A stretch of 64,000 nucleotides of DNA from Gemmatimonadota bacterium. GTDB taxonomy: Bacteria > Gemmatimonadota > Gemmatimonadetes > Palauibacterales > Palauibacteraceae. A program made the translations under genes and the position numbers. Of the stretch, positions 1 to 9,379 are shown piece by piece (position 1 is the first letter of the stretch; the number at the start of each line of letters is the position of its first letter). The notes below the pieces were generated by a model, which worked only from the letters and a program-made list of their open reading frames with translations, had not been told where the DNA came from and did no database searches. Location of the stretch: contig JAJEEM010000044.1 in the NCBI GenBank assembly GCA_022820995.1, positions 2,027 through 66,026 of the forward strand. The letters are read 5' to 3'.

Positions 1-1
1 G

Positions 2-388
2 CAGGGCGGCCTCTGGCCGCCTCACTGCGTCGCGGGGACGAGTGGAGCGGCGTTCCCGAAGTCCCTGCGACTTCCCGCGGCGACCGTCGTGATCTCGAAG
101 GCCGATGACCCGGCCTCCGAGGCCTACTCCGGCTTCGCGGGCACCGATCTCGCCGATCTTCTCTCGGATCGACGCGTCGAACGGGTCTTCGTCGGCGGAC
201 TCGCGACGGATTACTGTGTCCTTCAAACCGTACTCGACGCACGGGCGGTCGACCTCGACGTGATCGTTCTGGACGACGCGGTGAGAGCCGTGGACGTCGA
301 GTCGGGCGATGGGGCCCGCGCCATCGGACGCATGCGCGCGGCCGGGGCCATATTCGCGTCCGCGCGAACGGCCCTGGCCGAGGGGTAG
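2..388 (+). CDS. pncA: Nicotinamidase / isochorismatase-family hydrolase, 5'-truncated by the window edge
   Basis: Frame 2 is open from position 2 and translates to ...LWPPHCV.GTSGAAF... with the GGLATDYCV isochorismatase motif. It sits directly upstream of pncB. Confidence 0.7.
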   Translation, partial: QGGLWPPHCVAGTSGAAFPKSLRLPAATVVISKADDPASEAYSGFAGTDLADLLSDRRVERVFVGGLATDYCVLQTVLDARAVDLDVIVLDDAVRAVDVESGDGARAIGRMRAAGAIFASARTALAEG

Positions 389-394
389 CGAACC

Positions 395-1798
395 ATGCCG
401 GCAGGTGGCGTCACCCGGACGCCGGACCAGGGACGGAGCGCCCTGCTCACGGACCTCTACCAGCTCACCATGCTCAAGGCGTACTGGGAACACGGCATGA
501 ACGAGACCGCCGTGTTCGAGCTCTTCGTCCGCCGTCTCCCTCCGAATCGCAACTTCCTGTTGGCCGCGGGCCTGGCTCACGCCCTCGACTACCTGGAAGG
601 CCTGCGGTTCGAACCCGACGAGCTCGAGTGGCTCGGCGGCCAGCCCGGCTTCCCCCCGGCCTTCGTGGACTGGCTCGCCGACCTGCGCTTCACCGGGGAT
701 GTGGACGCCATGCCCGAGGGCACCGTCTTCTTCCCGGAAGAACCGCTGCTGCGGGTGACGGCGCCGCTCCCCGAGGCGCAACTCGTCGAGACACGACTCA
801 TCTCGCTGCTCAACTACGCCTCCCTCATCGCCTCGAAGGCGATCCGCTTCACGCTCGCAGCCCCGGCGGCCCGGCTCGTGGACTTCGGTCTGCGGCGGGC
901 ACACGGCTCGGAAGCGGGGCTACTCGCCGCCCGGGCCGCCCATATCGCCGGTTTCGACGGCACCGCGACCGTATTGGCCGGACAGCGCTGGGGGATCCCG
1001 ATCTTCGGCACGATGGCCCATTCGTTCATCCAGGCGCACGACAGCGAGGCCGACGCCTTCATTCGCTTCGCCCGCGCCCATCCCGACAACGCGGTGCTGC
1101 TCATCGACACCTACGACACCGAAGCGGGGGCGTCGAAGGCCGTCGAGATCGCTTCCCGCCTCCGCGCCGAAGGCATTGAGATCCAGGCGGTGCGACTGGA
1201 CTCGGGGGACCTCGACGCCCACGCGCGGCGGGTGCGCGAAATTCTGGACGACGGGGGCTGCCGGGATGTCCGTATCTTCGTGAGCAGTTCGCTGGACGAA
1301 CACGACGTAGCCCGGCTGGCCCATGCCCCGATCGATGGCTTCGGCGTGGGGGCGGCCCTCACGGTTTCCGCGGACGACCCGAAGCTCGACAGCGTCTACA
1401 AGCTTCAGGAGTACGCCGGCCAGCCGCGCCGCAAACGCTCGGAGGGGAAGGCGACGTGGCCGGGTCGCAAGCAGGTCTTTCGCTCCTGCGAACGCGGTCG
1501 GCTCGTGCGCGATGTGCTGGGGCTCGAGGACGAAGCGTTGTCCGGCGAGGCGATGCTCGTGCCCGTGGCGCGCGCCGGAGCACGACTTCGAGCGGATCCC
1601 CCGCTGGCAGAGATCCGTGACCGTGTCCGGGCCTCGCTGGCGACGCTCCCGGCGGAACTCCGGGCGCTGGAGCCGGCGCGCCCGCCGTTCCCGGTGGAAC
1701 CCTCGCCGGGCCTGCGTGAACTCGCCCGGGAGGTCGACCGCCGGTCGTCCGGAGACGGCATCGACGAGGGCTTCGCGGCGCCTGGCACATCCGGCTAA
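395..1798 (+). CDS. pncB: Nicotinate phosphoribosyltransferase
   Basis: 467 aa with the NAPRTase N-terminal motif LLTDLYQLTMLKAYW and the GTMAHSFIQA region. It is adjacent to pncA. Confidence 0.85.
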   Translation: MPAGGVTRTPDQGRSALLTDLYQLTMLKAYWEHGMNETAVFELFVRRLPPNRNFLLAAGLAHALDYLEGLRFEPDELEWLGGQPGFPPAFVDWLADLRFTGDVDAMPEGTVFFPEEPLLRVTAPLPEAQLVETRLISLLNYASLIASKAIRFTLAAPAARLVDFGLRRAHGSEAGLLAARAAHIAGFDGTATVLAGQRWGIPIFGTMAHSFIQAHDSEADAFIRFARAHPDNAVLLIDTYDTEAGASKAVEIASRLRAEGIEIQAVRLDSGDLDAHARRVREILDDGGCRDVRIFVSSSLDEHDVARLAHAPIDGFGVGAALTVSADDPKLDSVYKLQEYAGQPRRKRSEGKATWPGRKQVFRSCERGRLVRDVLGLEDEALSGEAMLVPVARAGARLRADPPLAEIRDRVRASLATLPAELRALEPARPPFPVEPSPGLRELAREVDRRSSGDGIDEGFAAPGTSG

Positions 1799-1830
1799 CT
1801 TTCGCCCACGCCCGTGTTCGAGGAGGTCAC

Positions 1831-3174
1831 ATGAGGTTCACCAAACTGTCCCTGGGGGTCGCCCTCGTCGCCTGTGCCGCGGCTCCCTTCGCCGCGGCCG
1901 GCGAGCAGGCGTCGCAGGACGGCGCCACCGCCTTCGTCGGCGTGAACGTGATTCCGATGGATTCCGAGCGGGTCCTCGCCGATCAGACCGTCGTCGTGCG
2001 CGGCGACCGGATCGTTGCGGTCGGGCCGTCCTCCGACGTCGACGTACCGGAGGGCGCCCGCCGCATCGATGGCGCCGGGAAGTACCTGATGCCGGGACTG
2101 TCGGAGATGCACGGACACACGCCGGGCGGCTTTCCGACCGACACCTTCCGCGAGCAGGTGATGTTCCTCTACGCGGCGAACGGCGTGACGACGGTGCGCG
2201 GGATGCTCGGACTGCCCGGCGACCTGGAGTTGAAGGCCAGGACGAACACGGGCGAGATCTGGGGGCCGACGCTCTACCTCGCGGGTCCGAGCTTCAACGG
2301 CAACTCCGTCACGTCGCCGTCTCAGGCGGCGGATCGCGTGTGGATCCAGAAGCAGGAAGGGTGGGACCACCTGAAGATCCACCCCGGACTCACCGTGCCG
2401 GAGTACGACGCGCTCGCCGCCGCCGCCGCGCAGGCCGGCATTCGCTTCGGGGGCCATGTCCCGGCCGATGTCGGGATCCGGCATGCCATCCTCATGGGAC
2501 AGGAGACCTTCGACCACCTCGACGGCTACATGGAGGAGGCGGGGGGCATCCGCGGCCCCATGGACCCGGCGCGGCTGGAGGAGCTGTTCGCGCTGACGAT
2601 CGGCGCCCGGGCGTGGGTCGTGCCCACGATGGTCCTCTGGGAAGTGGGCGTCATCGGCCTCGGCGACCCCGAGGCGCTCGCGGCCTATCCCGAGATGCGC
2701 TACTGGCCCCAGGAGGGCGTCCAGGGCTGGACAGACCGGCTCCAGGCGATCCAGGCGCGCGACGCATGGGACGTGGAGCAGGCGCGCCTGCACGCGAGCA
2801 ACCGGACGCGTCTCCTCGGCATGATGAACGAGGCCGGCGTGGGCATCCTCATGGGCACCGATTCGCCGCAGATGTTCAGCGTCCCCGGCTTCTCCCTCCA
2901 CCGCGAACTCGCGGCGATGGCCGACGCCGGGATGTCGCCGTACGAGATCCTCGTCAGCGGCACGCGGAACGTCGGGGAATACTTCCAGGGCTACGACACC
3001 TTCGGGACGGTGGCCCCGGGCCGGCGGGCGGACCTCATTCTGACGAACACGAACCCGCTCGAGGACGTGGCGAACGTCGCCGACCGCGCGGGCGTCATGG
3101 TGCGCGGCGTGTGGAAATCCGAGGAGGAGATCCAGCAGGGACTCGCCGAGATCGCCGCCAGCTTCGGCAACTGA
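1831..3174 (+). CDS. Secreted metal-dependent amidohydrolase family protein
   Basis: 447 aa with an N-terminal signal peptide. It has the PGLSEMHGH metal-binding motif and the overall amidohydrolase layout. Confidence 0.7.
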   Translation: MRFTKLSLGVALVACAAAPFAAAGEQASQDGATAFVGVNVIPMDSERVLADQTVVVRGDRIVAVGPSSDVDVPEGARRIDGAGKYLMPGLSEMHGHTPGGFPTDTFREQVMFLYAANGVTTVRGMLGLPGDLELKARTNTGEIWGPTLYLAGPSFNGNSVTSPSQAADRVWIQKQEGWDHLKIHPGLTVPEYDALAAAAAQAGIRFGGHVPADVGIRHAILMGQETFDHLDGYMEEAGGIRGPMDPARLEELFALTIGARAWVVPTMVLWEVGVIGLGDPEALAAYPEMRYWPQEGVQGWTDRLQAIQARDAWDVEQARLHASNRTRLLGMMNEAGVGILMGTDSPQMFSVPGFSLHRELAAMADAGMSPYEILVSGTRNVGEYFQGYDTFGTVAPGRRADLILTNTNPLEDVANVADRAGVMVRGVWKSEEEIQQGLAEIAASFGN

Positions 3175-3197
3175 CGGAGACGCACGGGACGGAGACG

Positions 3198-3632
3198 ATG
3201 ATGACGGAGAACGGAAGCATACGCGGCGTGGTGGAGCGCCACGACGGGATCATCACGGTGCGCGGTGGGGGACGTCACCGGGCGTGGAACGGGATCGAAT
3301 ACAAGACGGGGATGTGGGCGGAGAACGTGGGTTCGGGCGCACTCTCCATGAACGTGGCGATGATTCCGCCAGGTGGTGTCGCCAAGGCGCATATCCACGT
3401 GGACTTCGAGGTGATGCTCTACATCCTCCAGGGCAACGTCCGCCACGAGTTTGGCCCGCGGCTCGAGAAGACGCTCGACAACGAAGCGGGCGATTTCATC
3501 TTCATCGAACCGGGTGTGCCCCACGAGGTGTTCAACCTCAGCGACACGGAACCGGTCGTGGCGGTGGTCGCGCGCTCGGACGCGCAGGAGTGGGAGAACA
3601 TCGTCGACTTCGAGCGGCCCGGGCCGGAGTAA
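3198..3632 (+). CDS. Cupin domain protein
   Basis: 144 aa at the tail of a longer spurious ORF. It carries the cupin His motifs (HIHVDFEV...PGVPHEVFN). The ATG at 3198 is in frame. Confidence 0.6.
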   Translation: MMTENGSIRGVVERHDGIITVRGGGRHRAWNGIEYKTGMWAENVGSGALSMNVAMIPPGGVAKAHIHVDFEVMLYILQGNVRHEFGPRLEKTLDNEAGDFIFIEPGVPHEVFNLSDTEPVVAVVARSDAQEWENIVDFERPGPE

Positions 3633-3711
3633 CCTCCGGACACCAGGGCAGGCCCGACGCAACAGGTCGCCCTCGTCGGGGGCGGGACATGGTTGCCATC
3701 CGTCGAGGATC

Positions 3712-3750
3712 TTGAAATATGAGCATCGGATGTTCATATTTCAAATATGA
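3712..3750. promoter_or_regulatory. AT-rich near-perfect palindrome (TTGAAATATGA-gcatcggatg-TCATATTTCAA) with a flanking AAATATGA direct repeat that contains the ATG of the next gene
   Basis: The inverted repeat is read directly from the sequence. It is strongly AT-rich in a roughly 70% GC context and lies immediately 5' of, and overlapping, the ATPase start codon. Confidence 0.35.
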
Positions 3751-4913
3751 TCGCCCGCCCCGCACACGTCGCCGAGCTTGTCCGGAAGCTGGATGCGAAC
3801 CCGGTGGTCGCCTTGCTCGGCGCCCGTCAGGTTGGCAAGACCACCCTAGCGGACATGCTGGCCCGCAACCTCGCCGAGACGGGCCACCCCGCCACGCGTC
3901 TGGACTTGGAGGATCCACGGGATCTCGCCAGACTGGACGAGCCCACCCTCACCCTTGAGCCGCTTCGCGGCCTCGTCGTGATCGATGAGATCCAGCGCAG
4001 GCCGGACCTCTTCCCCGTGCTCCGCGTGCTCGCGGACCGCAGACCGCAGCCGGCGCGCTTCCTCGTTCTGGGGAGTGCGTCGCCCGAACTCCTGCGACAA
4101 GGGTCGGAATCGCTTGCGGGCCGGATCTCGTTTCATGAACTCACGGGATTCGATCTGGTTGAGGTCGAACCGGAGCGATGGCGCAGACTGTGGCTGAGGG
4201 GCGGCTTTCCCAGGGCATGGCTGGCGCGAGGCAACGCGGCCAGCATGGAGTGGCGGCGCGATTTCATCCGAACGTTCGTGGAGCGCGATCTGCCGGACCT
4301 GGGCATCGCCCTGCCGCCGCGGCTCCTGCACGACTTCTGGACCATGCTCGCCCATTATCACGGACAGGTCTGGAACGGGTCGGAACTGGGGCGCGCATTC
4401 GGAATCGCACACACCACCGTTCGGCGCCACCTCGACCGCATGACCGGCGCCTACGTCATGCGCCAATTGCGGCCTTGGCGCGAGAACCTCGGCAAGCGCG
4501 TCGTCAAGTCACCCAAGGTCTACATCGCCGACAGCGGTCTCCTGCACGCGCTACTCGACATCCCCACCGCGCGCGACTTGGCGGCACATCCCAAGGTCGG
4601 TGCGAGCTGGGAAGGATTCGCCCTCGAACAGGTCGTGCGCCGCCTGGGCGCCCGCCCGGACGAGTGCTACTTCTGGTCGTTGCACGGCGGTCCGGAGCTG
4701 GATCTTGTGGTCGTTCGCGGCCGGCGGCGGCTCGGCTACGAGTTCAAGCGCACGGACGCGCCCCGGGCCACGGCTTCCATGCGCGCCGCCATGCGGCACC
4801 TCGGACTCGACCGTCTGGATGTCGTGCACGTCGGCCGCGATACGTTCCCGCTGGCGGAGGGAATCCGGGCGGTGGGAGGAGGCGACATATCAACCGCGGT
4901 CGAGCCGCTGTAG
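3747..4913 (+). CDS. AAA+ ATPase of the DUF4143 family
   Basis: 388 aa with Walker A GARQVGKTT, Walker B VVIDEIQ and a C-terminal DUF4143-like region. Confidence 0.75.
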   Translation: MIARPAHVAELVRKLDANPVVALLGARQVGKTTLADMLARNLAETGHPATRLDLEDPRDLARLDEPTLTLEPLRGLVVIDEIQRRPDLFPVLRVLADRRPQPARFLVLGSASPELLRQGSESLAGRISFHELTGFDLVEVEPERWRRLWLRGGFPRAWLARGNAASMEWRRDFIRTFVERDLPDLGIALPPRLLHDFWTMLAHYHGQVWNGSELGRAFGIAHTTVRRHLDRMTGAYVMRQLRPWRENLGKRVVKSPKVYIADSGLLHALLDIPTARDLAAHPKVGASWEGFALEQVVRRLGARPDECYFWSLHGGPELDLVVVRGRRRLGYEFKRTDAPRATASMRAAMRHLGLDRLDVVHVGRDTFPLAEGIRAVGGGDISTAVEPL

Positions 4914-4927
4914 CCCGGACCAACCGG

Positions 4928-6856
4928 TCAGAATCCGAGCGACGCGGTCTCCCGCCTCACGTCCCCCGCGGCAGTCATCACCCCGGTCTCCGGGTCGCGC
5001 CAGGTCACCGTGGGAGCGCCGGCCCGCCAGTTCCAGAGCCCCCATGAGCGCACGTCGTGGCCCATGGCGCGCAGCGCTTCGGCCGTCTCCGCCGGGATCC
5101 GGTCCTCCATGTAGAGGACGGCGGGATTCCGGTTCACCTCGCTGCCGGTAGCCGGGAAGTTGTAGCTGCCGAAACGGGGCTGGTCCACGGCCTGCTCGGG
5201 GGACATCCCCCACACCACGACGTTGAGGAAGACCTGCAGGAGACACTGCATCTGCTGGTCGCCACCCGGGGTGGAGAGCCCCATGAACGGTTCGCCATCC
5301 CTCATCACGAGAAGGGGCGAATTGGTGTTCCGCGGGCGCTTTCCGGGCGCCATCACATTGGCAAGGTCCGGGTCCAGGTTGAACTGGCCCATGCGGTTGC
5401 CCAGCCCGAATCCCCATCCCGGAATCATGGGGGTGAACGTGTGGCCGTCGCTCTCGGTGACGGAAAACACGTTGCCCTCGGCGTCCATCACATTCAGCGA
5501 AGACGTGTCGAACGAGGGAGCCTCCGAATCCGCCGCGTCGGCCCCCGGGAGGTCCTGCACAGCGCCTGCGGGCCGACCTCCCGGCGCCACGAAGCTCGCG
5601 GGCGCGCCCTCCGCCACCGCCGCCATACGTACCGGATCGCCCCACGGAGGCATGTCCCGGAACGCGCGATTCTCGTCGATGAGCCCGATGCGCTCGCGCG
5701 CGTACGCCTTCCCGTACAATCCCTCCGGAGCGGGCGCGAAATCCGGATCCCCGACGTACCTGTGGGCGTCCGCCATCGCGAGGTCGATCACCTGTGAGAC
5801 GAGGTGGATGTACTCCGGCGTGTTGTAGCCGAGGGCGCGCAGGTCGTAGTTCTCCAGCATGTTGAGCATCAGGATGATGCGCGGCCCCTGACTCCATCCG
5901 TCGCCGGCGTGGACGTCGTAGCCGTTGAAGCGGGTCCCCAGCGGCTCCTCCCACCGACTCTCGTATCCCGCCATGTCCTCGTACCGGACGATGCCGTCGT
6001 GCTCCCGGAAGAAGCGGTCCACGGCGCGCGCGGGGTCCCCCCGGTAGAAGGCGTCCCGCGCCGCGTGGATCCCGTCGGAGCGGCTTCCCCCCGCCGCCAG
6101 CGCCTGCCGCTCGGCCTCGATCATGTAGCGGATGAGCCGTCCCAGGTCGGCGTTCACCATGACATCGCCCAGCCGCTGCTCGCCGATTCCGTTGGGAAAC
6201 CAGAAATCGCGATTGTAGGGAAAGGCGAGGATCTCCTCCGTCTGATCCTCGATCATCCATTTCTGCATCTTGTAGAGGTGATAGCCCTCCTCGGCGATGC
6301 GCAGCGTGGGCTGCGCGGCCTCGCCGAAGCTGAGGGTGCCGAAGCGGTCGAGAGCGGCGAGCCAGACATCCACGTCCGCGGGAATCAGCGCGTTGTTGAT
6401 GGGCGACTTGCCGTGTTCGAGGAAATGGTCGAGGGTGGCGAGCGCGGGGGAGGTTCCCGCCCCGACCCGGGTGATCACGCGGTCCTCGGCCGCGCTGTAC
6501 ACGATGAGCGGCGCGACCCCGGTCCATCCCGCGTAGTCCATCTTGAGCGCCTTGAGCGCCATCCCCGCGGTCACCCCGGCGTCGAAGGCGTTGCCGCCGG
6601 CCCGGAGCACGTCGTAACCGGCCTGCGTGGCGAGATAGTGCCCGGAGGAGATCACCCCGTGCGTGCCCATGATCCGCGGCCGCATCGCCTCGACGTTGTC
6701 GGCGTCGTGGACGGCGCCGTGACTCCGGAACGGAGCGATGGTGGCGAGGACGCCTTCCTCGGCGGCTGCGGACTCCTCCGGGGCGTCCATCCCCGGACCG
6801 CACGACGCGACGAGTGCCAGAGCTGCGACCGCAACCACACGTCCGAAAGGCTTCAT
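4928..6856 (-). CDS. ggt: Gamma-glutamyltranspeptidase, lipoprotein
   Basis: 642 aa with the lipobox LVASC signal and a GGT-family layout including the conserved T-nucleophile region. It starts 4 nt after the qhpE stop on the same strand. Confidence 0.8.
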   Translation of the reverse strand: MKPFGRVVAVAALALVASCGPGMDAPEESAAAEEGVLATIAPFRSHGAVHDADNVEAMRPRIMGTHGVISSGHYLATQAGYDVLRAGGNAFDAGVTAGMALKALKMDYAGWTGVAPLIVYSAAEDRVITRVGAGTSPALATLDHFLEHGKSPINNALIPADVDVWLAALDRFGTLSFGEAAQPTLRIAEEGYHLYKMQKWMIEDQTEEILAFPYNRDFWFPNGIGEQRLGDVMVNADLGRLIRYMIEAERQALAAGGSRSDGIHAARDAFYRGDPARAVDRFFREHDGIVRYEDMAGYESRWEEPLGTRFNGYDVHAGDGWSQGPRIILMLNMLENYDLRALGYNTPEYIHLVSQVIDLAMADAHRYVGDPDFAPAPEGLYGKAYARERIGLIDENRAFRDMPPWGDPVRMAAVAEGAPASFVAPGGRPAGAVQDLPGADAADSEAPSFDTSSLNVMDAEGNVFSVTESDGHTFTPMIPGWGFGLGNRMGQFNLDPDLANVMAPGKRPRNTNSPLLVMRDGEPFMGLSTPGGDQQMQCLLQVFLNVVVWGMSPEQAVDQPRFGSYNFPATGSEVNRNPAVLYMEDRIPAETAEALRAMGHDVRSWGLWNWRAGAPTVTWRDPETGVMTAAGDVRRETASLGF

Positions 6857-6860
6857 CGCG

Positions 6861-7613
6861 TCATCCTACGGGCAGCGCCGCCAGTGCGGCCAGCGCGGCG
6901 GCCCGGCCGCGCGCGTCCGGGAAGAGTTCGAACGCGAGGGCGACGATGCCGGTCGCGTTCGCCACGGCGAAGCTGATGCCGTTGAGGTTGCGCGTCGGCG
7001 GGACGCCCGGGATCGGCCGAGGGTAGCCCGACGCATACAGCACGCGCCGCCCATCGCGGCGCCCGATGCGGACGCGGTGCCGCGGCAGATCCCAGTCGAG
7101 GCACACGCCGAGTGCGCCGGGGAGGCTGCCCGGGAACTGACGCTGTCCTTCGTGCGAATAGGCCGCGATGACGAGCGTTCCGGCCCGCGCGGCGCACTCG
7201 ACCGCGGGCTGCAGCTGTTCGATGCGGCTCTGCCGCGGCGTCCCGAGGCTCAGATTGGCCAGCCGGCAGCCGCGCTCCCCGGCCCAGTCGATGGCCTTCG
7301 CCAGCGTCCGGGCGCTCGTCGCAAGTTCGTCGTGAAAGACGCGGGCGACGTGGACCCGCGAGCCCGGCGCCTTCTCCTGGATGGCGGCGGTGACGGCGGT
7401 CCCGTGGCCCAGCCGGTCCGTCAGGTCGTCGTGCTCGCGGCCGTCGGGAGTGAACGCGATGCCGCCCGCCAGGAGCCCCAGGTGCGGATGGCCCGGATGC
7501 GCCCCGCTGTCGATGACCGCGATCGAGACGCCCCGGCCGGTCCGGCTCCAAAGCGGTTCCGCGCGCATCCGCACGGAGGGCGCCACGGGCGGTCCCGGCA
7601 CCGCCGCCGTCAC
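6861..7613 (-). CDS. qhpE: Small subtilisin-like (S8) serine protease, QhpE-like leader peptidase
   Basis: 250 aa with the D/H/S triad motifs VIDSG, HGTAV and GISFA. It overlaps the upstream ABC gene stop with ATGA. Confidence 0.75.
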   Translation of the reverse strand: MTAAVPGPPVAPSVRMRAEPLWSRTGRGVSIAVIDSGAHPGHPHLGLLAGGIAFTPDGREHDDLTDRLGHGTAVTAAIQEKAPGSRVHVARVFHDELATSARTLAKAIDWAGERGCRLANLSLGTPRQSRIEQLQPAVECAARAGTLVIAAYSHEGQRQFPGSLPGALGVCLDWDLPRHRVRIGRRDGRRVLYASGYPRPIPGVPPTRNLNGISFAVANATGIVALAFELFPDARGRAAALAALAALPVG

Positions 7614-9328
7614 CCGGCGAACAGGGCGCGGAACGCACCCGGTCGACCGTCGAGCTCCGCCGGCCGGCCATCCTGCGCGACCCGCCCGTCGCGGAGCACC
7701 ACGACGCGCTCCGCCCGTCGCGCGAGCTCCGGGCGATGCGTGATGAGCACCGTGGTCCGCCCCCGCATCAGCGCCGCATAGCCCTCGAGCACCTGCGCCT
7801 CCGAGGCCGGGTCCAGCGCCCCTGTCGCCTCGTCGAACACGAGCACGGCCGGATCGGCCAGGAAGGCCCGCGCCACGGCCACGCGCTGCCGCTCGCCGGC
7901 GGAGAGCTGCCGGCCCCGCTCTCCGACGACCGTCCCGGCCCCCTCCGGAAGCGACGCGAGCAGCCCATCGAGCGCGGCGGCCGCGAGCGCCCCGACGACC
8001 TCCGGATCCGTGGCGTCGGGCCTGGCGTACCGCACGTTCTCGGCGATCGATGCGTGGAAGATGAACGGATCCTGCTCCACCACGGCGACGTTCCGGCGCA
8101 CGTCGGCGAGCGCGAGCGCAGTCAGGTCCCGCCCGTCCAGAAGCACCCTCCCGCCATCCGGGTCGAGCTGGCGCGAGAGCAGATCCGCGACCGTCGACTT
8201 CCCGCTCCCGCTCGCGCCGACGAGCGCGACGACCTGCCCGGCGGGCACCTCCAGCGACACGCCTTCCAGCACCTCGCCTCCGCGCCCGAAGCCGAGCCTC
8301 ACGTCGTCGAAAACCAGGGCCCCCGCCGCCCTCGCCAGCCGCTCCGCCCCCTCCGCCTCCACGACCTCCAACGGCGTGTCGAAGAGTTCATGGACGCGGA
8401 CGAGCGACGCCCGCGCGCTCGCGAGGTTCGCGTACAGCCCCATCAGCGCCTGCACGGGGAAGAGGAGCCGCATCTGGTACGCCATGAACGCGACGAACGT
8501 CCCCAGCGTCGTCGCCTCCGTGATGACCCGGTAGCCCCCGTACAGGAAGACGGCGGCCGTCCCCGTCTGCAGGAGGACCCCCGGCAGGCCTCCCGCCAGG
8601 TACGTGAACCAGCGCATCGACATCAGGGCCCGCACGAACCGGTCGTTGTGGCGCCCGAACCGCGCCGCCTCCCGCTCCTGCGCGTTGGAGGCCACCACCG
8701 TCCGCACCCCCTGCAGCGTCTCGATGAGGAAGCTCCCGATGTCCGCGCTCCGCTCCCGCAGTTGCGTCACGCGCCCCTCGAGCCGGTTCCGGTACCTCAC
8801 CAGCGCCCAGAGGCTCGGCGGCAGCGCGATGAGACCCGCCAGGAAGAGCCGCGCATCGAGATGGATGAGCATCCCCACGGTCCCGATGAGGAAGAGCACG
8901 TTCCCGAACAGCCCGAGCGCCGCGTCCGCCGTCACCCGCTGGATCTCGCCGATGTCGGCGTTGATGCGCGAGACGATGTCCCCGAACGGCGTCCGTGCGT
9001 AGAACCGCGGCGAGAGCCTCTGCAGGTGGCGGTAGAGCGCCAGCCGCATGTCGAAGAGGATGCCGGCCGACACCCGCGTGTACCGCATCCCGCTCGCGAC
9101 GTTCGTCCCGAAGGCGAGAATCGTGATCCCGATGAAAAGGCCGACGATCCTGAGCAGGAGAGGGAAGTCGCCCCCCAGGATCGCGTCGTCGATCATCGCT
9201 TTCGACAGGTAGGGGAGCGCCAGCCCGAGGGCGGTCCCGGCCGTGGAAAGGAGGACCACGGGAAGCAAGGCCCCCGCGTACGGTCGGACGTAGGCGAGGG
9301 CTCGGCGAAGGTGCGGGTCCCGGATCAC
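7610..9328 (-). CDS. qhpF: ABC exporter, fused TMD-NBD (QhpF-like)
   Basis: 572 aa. The N-terminal half has six predicted TM segments. It has Walker A GASGSGKST, signature LSAGERQRVAVARA and Walker B VLVFDEAT. Confidence 0.8.
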   Translation of the reverse strand: MIRDPHLRRALAYVRPYAGALLPVVLLSTAGTALGLALPYLSKAMIDDAILGGDFPLLLRIVGLFIGITILAFGTNVASGMRYTRVSAGILFDMRLALYRHLQRLSPRFYARTPFGDIVSRINADIGEIQRVTADAALGLFGNVLFLIGTVGMLIHLDARLFLAGLIALPPSLWALVRYRNRLEGRVTQLRERSADIGSFLIETLQGVRTVVASNAQEREAARFGRHNDRFVRALMSMRWFTYLAGGLPGVLLQTGTAAVFLYGGYRVITEATTLGTFVAFMAYQMRLLFPVQALMGLYANLASARASLVRVHELFDTPLEVVEAEGAERLARAAGALVFDDVRLGFGRGGEVLEGVSLEVPAGQVVALVGASGSGKSTVADLLSRQLDPDGGRVLLDGRDLTALALADVRRNVAVVEQDPFIFHASIAENVRYARPDATDPEVVGALAAAALDGLLASLPEGAGTVVGERGRQLSAGERQRVAVARAFLADPAVLVFDEATGALDPASEAQVLEGYAALMRGRTTVLITHRPELARRAERVVVLRDGRVAQDGRPAELDGRPGAFRALFAG

Positions 9329-9379
9329 CCGGACCTCACGAAGTCGAACGCCGGATCGAAACCGGATCGCGGGCCGGGA

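Noticed and set aside
616-630. GGTTCGAAC T-loop-like motifs (also near 13121) that could hint at tRNA genes
   Set aside because: Both lie inside well-supported coding sequence with no acceptor or anticodon stem complementarity around them. No tRNA genes are evident in the window.
1323-3632. 769-aa plus-strand ORF spanning the amidohydrolase region
   Set aside because: The translation is Arg/Gly/Pro-rich low-complexity junk in a frame overlapping the well-supported amidohydrolase gene. Only its last 144 codons (the cupin, 3198..3632) look real.
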